Part shown: piece after piece, positions 54,542-64,000 of the stretch
How positions within the stretch are numbered: position 1 is the stretch's first letter
Layout: each line of letters begins with the position of its first letter
Source: Octopus vulgaris
Lineage: Eukaryota
Assembly (NCBI GenBank): GCA_951406725.2
Contig: OX597832.1
Location: 58,714,001-58,778,000, forward strand
DNA: 64,000 nt
Direction: 5' to 3'
Notes under the pieces: model-generated
Database searches by the model: none
What the model saw: only the letters and a program-made list of their open reading frames with translations
Told to the model about the DNA's origin: nothing
Made by a program: the position numbers and the translations under genes

Positions 54542-54999
54542 CGATGATGATGATGTTGACGATGATAGTTTTGTCGACTGCGACGATGACGACGATGAAG
54601 ACGATTATGATGATGATGATGATGACGACGACGACGAAGATGATGGTGGTGATGTTTGCGGAAGTAGTAGCTGCAACATTTGATGCTAATGGCAACGGTG
54701 GTATTCCCGTTAATGATGCCTGTTTGGGATGTCAACGGAAAAACAATGGTGAAGTCGTCGGCGAAAATGGTGTGCTGGTGGTGGTGGTGGGGGTGATGGT
54801 GGTGGCGGTAACAAAACTAGCGGTGTAGTCGATGGCATATAATACTGACGATGCTGCTGCTGTTGATGGTGTGGTAATGACGATGGTGGTGATGGTGGTG
54901 CTGGTGGTGAATATTTATGGTGTCGGCGATGGTAGTGGAACTAAAGAACAATTTCAGAATTATCAAGACAAACATTTCGAATCAATATTTTCTAATCAA

Positions 55000-55044
<45 letters not shown>

Positions 55045-55380
55045 GTTCCTCAAACACACAATCACCACCACCACCACCACCACCACCATAACACCACCCA
55101 CCACCATACCCCATCACCACCACACTCTCACCACCGTACCACCACCTCCATCATACCATCACCACCACCACCTCCACCACCACCACCAGCACCATCATCA
55201 CCACCGTACCCCCACCATCATATCAACCCACCCCACCACCATACTACCACCTCCACCACCACCATACCATCACCACCGTACCACCACCACCACCTCCATC
55301 ATACCATCACAACCACGACCACCATACCACCACCATACCATCATCACCACCTCAACTCTTACCCGTCCACCGCTCCCACC
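53990..55380. repeat. (GGT)/(GAT)-rich array (53990-54920) followed by (CT)n and an (ACC)/(CAT)-rich array (55060-55380)
   Basis: Directly visible. Confidence 0.9.
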
Positions 55381-55890
55381 TTGATGTTCCCAAATATTTC
55401 ACCTCCATCAATCTGCTCCGCCCTTACATGTAACTACTTCCACACCTGATACACCCCGCTCGCTCCCGCCGACAGCATAAACACCCTCCTCCACCCCAAA
55501 CCCCTCCCATCCTAAGACCCCACCCCCACATCCTTTACATCGCCTTCCTTACTATATCACCCTTGCCTGACTGCCGCCTGCAGTTCGGTAAAAATTAACT
55601 CCTGTAAAATGACATGGCGCCATTTTCTTCCCCACCACCACGGTCTTCGTTCATTACCCATCCCCGCATCGCCTCTCTCACTTTCTCCTTCTTTTTCTCT
55701 CGTTCTTTGTTTCATTCTCTCACTCATTCATTTATTCCTTCAATTTTTTCTTTACTTCCCTGTCAATCTTTCATTCACATCGTCGATCCTTACGTCTCTC
55801 TTCTCTTTGCATTCTGTTACAATGAATCGTAGAGTCTTAGAATCATGCTACACTATCTTCGGGTCGTCGTCTTCCTTACTCTACTCTGTC

Positions 55891-55941
<51 letters not shown>

Positions 55942-56080
55942 TCCACAATGTTAGATTTTACATAATTCCTATATTTATATTCGTATTTCATTTTCACACT
56001 CCCCGTAATATATACATACTTACCATACTTAAATACTTACATACATAAATACATGCATTCACACACACACACACACACAC

Positions 56081-56127
<47 letters not shown>

Positions 56128-56288
56128 AAATAGAAAGATGAATTTTCTTGTAACAGATTATTCAAAGGTTTAACCGATACCTGGGTAGCAAAAATCACAG
56201 CGGAAAACAGCACGGTTGGAGATAAGACCATTTATTCCATTCACTAATAATATATATATATATATTTGAAAATGGATGCGTGGTGTGT

Positions 56289-56460
56289 GGAGTAGATAAA
56301 ACAGTGGACAACTGATGAAGGGATTCTTCTTTATTTTGCTTGTCTCGCTTTCCCATTTGTTTCCTTCGTTGTTCGAAAAAAAGGTCGTTTTCTATGTTTT
56401 GCATTTCATGTTCTTCGTTTTTCGTGTTGTTCATGTTTTTTGACGTCCTGCACTCATATA
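56289..56460 (+). mobile_element. Short TA-associated repeat, copy 3 (diverged homolog of 3623-3795)
   Basis: ggagtagataaaacagtggacaactgatgaaggg...cgttgttcgaaaaaa...tgacgtcct. Confidence 0.7.
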
Positions 56461-56476
56461 TGCATGTGTATATGCA

Positions 56477-56519
<43 letters not shown>

Positions 56520-56549
56520 ACATGTATATATATGTGTATATGCATGTAC

Positions 56550-56695
<146 letters not shown>

Positions 56696-57351
56696 TAGAT
56701 ATATACATATATATTTTATGCATACATATATACGTACACATACGTATATACACTTATGCTCCCCCCAAATATCCACTAATCACTTTTTATTCACAATTGC
56801 TATTTTCTTTCACTACTCAATTTCTTCTTTCACCGCCAATCATTATTCCATTTTTCTCCTTCTTTCGTTCTTTAATTCATTCATCCAATAAATCAGTCTT
56901 TATTCCTCTCCTTCTTATTTTCATTCCATCATTCTTTCATTACACTTCCTCTCCTGTTTACATCCACAGACCTTACATTTACTCATTTATTCACCTATGC
57001 ATCTCTTTCGATATCATTCTTTTCCGTCACTTCTTCCTTCTTACCTTTTATTTCTCTCCATAATTCTTCCTTTGCACAATCTCCATTCCAGCCACCAATT
57101 CCGTCCTCATTCTTTTACATTCTCTCATTCCATTCTTTCAGTATTTATCGCCTTCCTCTTCACACTTCCCAGTTTTACTTCCTCTTTCTTTCTGTCTCTC
57201 TTCCTCTCCCATGTAATTTTTCTTCCTCTCTGCTCTTCTCTCATTTCTTCTCCCTTTTCTTGGTTATATTTTCCCATTCGTTATTCTTCCTTGCTTACTT
57301 TCTTCAACTTAATTTTCTGCTAATCTATAGCTGATCACCTGCTCACCCTCC

Positions 57352-57388
<37 letters not shown>

Positions 57389-57477
57389 TCTATCTACCTG
57401 TCTATTTGTCCATCTCTCTCTCTCTTTATATACACACATACACACACCTATATATACATTATATATATACGTATATC

Positions 57478-57773
57478 ACCGTCACCGACCAGGCTATCAG
57501 ATGTTGCACACATCACTGGTCACATTGCGCTTTGCATTGTTTTAGCCTTCAAATGACGCCACCTGCTGGCTAAGCGAGCAGGCCAACAGAAGAAAGAGTG
57601 AGAGAAAGTTGTGGTGAAAGAGTACAGCAGGAACCGCTACCACCCACTGCCGGAGCGTCGTGGAGCTTTAGGTGTTTCGCTCAATAAACACACACAACGC
57701 CCGGTCTGGGAATCGAAACCACGAGCCTACGACTGCGAGTCCGCTGCCCTAACCACTGGGCCATTGTGCCTCC
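57478..57773 (-). mobile_element. tRNA-derived SINE family C
   Basis: Minus-strand head ggaggcacaatggcccagtggttagggcagcggactcgcagtcg...ttcgattccc, similar to 19875. Confidence 0.8.
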
Positions 57774-57975
57774 ACATATATGTATATACATGTATATATG
57801 TGTGTGTGTGTGTGTCTGTGCATGTATATATGTATGTATATCTAGTTATTTACATATAAGTGAGTGCACGCACGCACACATCTCTGTCTCTCCACACACA
57901 CACACACATATACATTGTCTTCAATATAACGGGCTTACATCGATACACATTTACATATTCACACCCACACATACA

Positions 57976-58041
<66 letters not shown>

Positions 58042-58064
58042 GCTAGCTAGCTAGCTAGCTAGCT

Positions 58065-60928
<2,864 letters not shown>

Positions 60929-62714
60929 GTCTGTCTGACTGTCTGTCTGTCTATCTATCTGTCTATCTATATTTAAAATACCTTACTTTCTCCCTTTAAT
61001 TTTCTGTATTTTTTGTAAATTATTTTGTAACTATATAAATGTCTACATGCTTATTATACACGAATGTCCATCTTCTGAACATTTTCGGTTTTTCTCTACA
61101 TATTTATATATCAACAACCTTCCCTTCCCCAAACAAACTAAAGGGAGAGATATAGCGGAGTAATGTGACCGAGCGCCTGAAGAAAATAGAGGTGATTGTC
61201 ACGGTCGGAACGCCTATGATCATGGATTTTCTTATTTGGAACTTGCGTGAAGCCAAACAACAACAACAACAACGACAAAAACACTAATTCCAGTGAAACG
61301 ATAATAGCAACGTCAAGGACTAAATTCTCCTCTGTTTTTATTCTGTGCTGTAATACTTCAACGTGGTTTGAAATCGGAACCCATTGACTTTATAGTTCAT
61401 TTATGCTTTTCTAATGTTTTTGTATGTAGTACATTTTGTTGCACATATTAAAGTGTATTTTGAAAGCGTTCTGTGTGGGGCCGATATGATAATTACTGTT
61501 GGTAATTGGCATTTATAGATAAAGTTGTTTATTAGACAATTGCTATTACTAAGACATAGTTGCCAGTCTACAGTTACACGAACGTGAACATTTTGTGAAA
61601 AGTGTTTTTATAACTTGGTATATATTTTCCTTTGAGCTACGATTCACATTATTTGTCACCGAAGTAATTATGGCGTAAAATTCGTTTTTATTGTACTTAC
61701 TACCAGTACCAATTTTTAGTGTTAGCAACATGATTAAGTTTTAATTTTTGCTGCAATAAGAAGTCTCATTAAATATCAAATTATCACGATGTATAAATCT
61801 GTATGTGCAATATTGTTCTAGTGCTATTTCTTAATTTGTCTTTGATTCATTGTACTTAGTGTCAAGTTAGGAACAGTTATTTCTATACCAATAGTATTCG
61901 AGTTGAGTAGGTAAAGAAGTGCTACCAATATTCTTATTTTTATTTCTTGAACCTATAACAATAAACTAAATAGTGGGATCTTTGCTTACTTCCTGGTTTC
62001 CCTACATGAGTAACAGCGCTCGTGTTGCGACTCAAATTAAAGTTACACTCAGCGTGCATTTTAATTTTAGAGATATTGAATTTGTACTGATACATTCATT
62101 AAACATGTTAATTTTAAGAGATAGCAGATGTCGATGTATTAAATTAGATGTTGTTGAGTATGAGAATTGCACCGTAAAGTTATTGAAGATACGATATTAA
62201 TACCAGAGTGGAATGGTATTAATATAGTGTCTTATACCAATGTTTGTTAATTTAAAATTTATTTATGGAGGATTATGCCACATTATCTCTTTCCCCAAAT
62301 TTCTTTGATTAAGTTTTATCTATAGTTTTCTTTCTATAGTGTTTACTTATCAATATTATAATACATAGATATTGCTTTGTCACTATTTTTTCACGTTAAT
62401 TTAAGAAATATTTCCCATAGCGTCTTTAACATTGGAATTATTGTTTCTTTTCATTTTCCCATTATTATACGTTCGATATTTACAAAGGCCACTCATATAT
62501 TCGGATAATTTGACGGATAATTTGAGTAGATAATAACATTTTACGATAAAGTGTGCTTTTATAACTTTCTTACCGATTGTTATTGCATCAGTTATTCTTT
62601 ATCAGTGGTTGTAGTCGTTCATCGCGTCAGTATGTTGCCATGCATTGCTAAGTTGCCTTTTCAATTCTTGTATTCTTCCTGATCTTTTTTTTCTATTAAC
62701 GTTTGTTTCTGTTA

Positions 62715-62930
62715 AGGCGGTGAACAGGCGGGATCGTCATTACGCCAGACAAAATGCTTAGCGGCATTTCGCCCGTTTTTACGATCTGAGTGCAAATTCC
62801 GTCGCGGTCGACTTTGAATTGGATCTTTCGGGGTCGATAAAATAAGTACCAGTTAAAAATTGGCCCATGTAATCGACTCAAACCCTACCCCCAACTTGCT
62901 GGCTTTGTATCAAAATGTGAAACCAATATC
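62715..62930 (+). mobile_element. Degraded SINE family B
   Basis: aggcggtgaacaggcggg...gcttagcggcatttcg...tttcggggtcgataaaataagtaccag. Confidence 0.75.
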
Positions 62931-63508
62931 TTTTCTGTTAATTTTATTTTCTGTTACAAAACGAAAGACCAAAAACATCAAAACATGTTGAAATAACCCT
63001 TGACGGGTGGGGAAAGAAATAGTTAATACAACAGCCAGTATTATACTAACATTTATACTAAAATCTTCGCTGATATAAAAGTATGTATACACATACACAC
63101 ACACACACACAGACACGTGCACACACACACACATGGGCGGGCGGCCGGTCGCAAGCCTGCAAATCCCTTAAACCTCTCTGACATGAAATGCATATCTAAA
63201 ATTTCTTACGCTCTTTCTAATTCCTCACTTTTTATATATCTGTTGTATATTAAATACATTTCGAAATACATTTTTTTGAAATATTTACTCTAATGAAGTG
63301 ATTTTTTCCAAAACGATATCAATGACTTTATGCTATACTGCCGCAGCACCAGTTGCCATAAAAGAACTTTATCAAATACCTTTGCCATAACAAGAGAAAG
63401 GAAATATTATTTCAACCGCAGTTACCATATTCACAGAAACAGGAACTACAAAATCCTACCCTATCCATCGTTATCACACAAACAACAGTTATAAAATAAC
63501 GCCATATT

Positions 63509-63927
63509 CCTTTTATCTTTTACTTGTTTCAGTCATTAACTGTGGCCATGTTGGGGCACCGTTTTGCGGAGTTTTGGTCGGAGGAATCGACTCCAGTCTG
63601 GTATTATTTAAGCATGGTAATATTCTGTGGTATCTTTTTTGCCAAACCGCTAGGTTACAGGCACGAAAACAAATCAACAACGGTTGCCAAGCGTTATTGG
63701 TGGAACAAACGCACACACACACACGCACACACACACACGCACACACACACACACACACACACGCGCCTGAACTTCCTTCAGGCTCTATCTACTATATCCA
63801 CTCACAAGGCTTTCGTTAGCCCGAGGCTGTAGTAGAAAATACTTGATCGGGTGCCACACAGTCGGATTGAACCTGGAACATCGTAGTTGAGAAACAAACT
63901 TTCCTACCACGCATCCACTCCTGCGCG
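63509..63927 (-). mobile_element. Diverged SINE family A
   Basis: ttttacttgtttcagtcatt...atccactcacaaggctt...actcctgcgc. Confidence 0.8.
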
Positions 63928-64000
63928 TAGCCAGCCGTCTCTGCGCCTATTCATCGTCATCTTTATAAGAGCAGCACAAAATTAACACTTCAGTCATAAA

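Noticed and set aside
61160-61220. CTGAAGA and gaccg...cggtc-GGAAC hairpin
   Set aside because: The boxes and stems are not in a consistent hammerhead register.
61540-62400. Possible highly decayed Penelope RT on the minus strand (DNLIFNETSY-like words)
   Set aside because: Too degenerate to support by eye; needs a translated HMM search.

Overview
AT-rich, microsatellite-saturated eukaryotic DNA. The SINE families and repeat landscape are what I recall from Octopus/coleoid cephalopod genomes (inference). Almost all ORFs in the track are artefacts of (TA)n, (TATG)n, (ATCT)n, (CA)n and trinucleotide arrays. The real content is: dozens of tRNA-derived SINE copies from three family groups; a full-length decayed mariner with TIRs (17181-18338) plus other mariner, hAT and MITE remnants; pieces of Tx1/L1-like, CR1-like, R4/Dong-like and RTE-like LINEs; and several Penelope-like (PLE) remnants. 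One short exon with a good Kozak ATG and a GTATGT donor (9475-9546, MATASTITQGGDNYYSDKAANTFL) suggests much of the window is a large plus-strand intron. The most notable signal is at least eight type I hammerhead-ribozyme motifs of several designs. They lie downstream of PLE GIY-YIG remnants or inside short non-coding (TA)n-associated elements that resemble retrozymes. Seven of the eight are antisense to the putative host exon. All structures were folded by eye, and most carry at least one mutation in the core or a stem.
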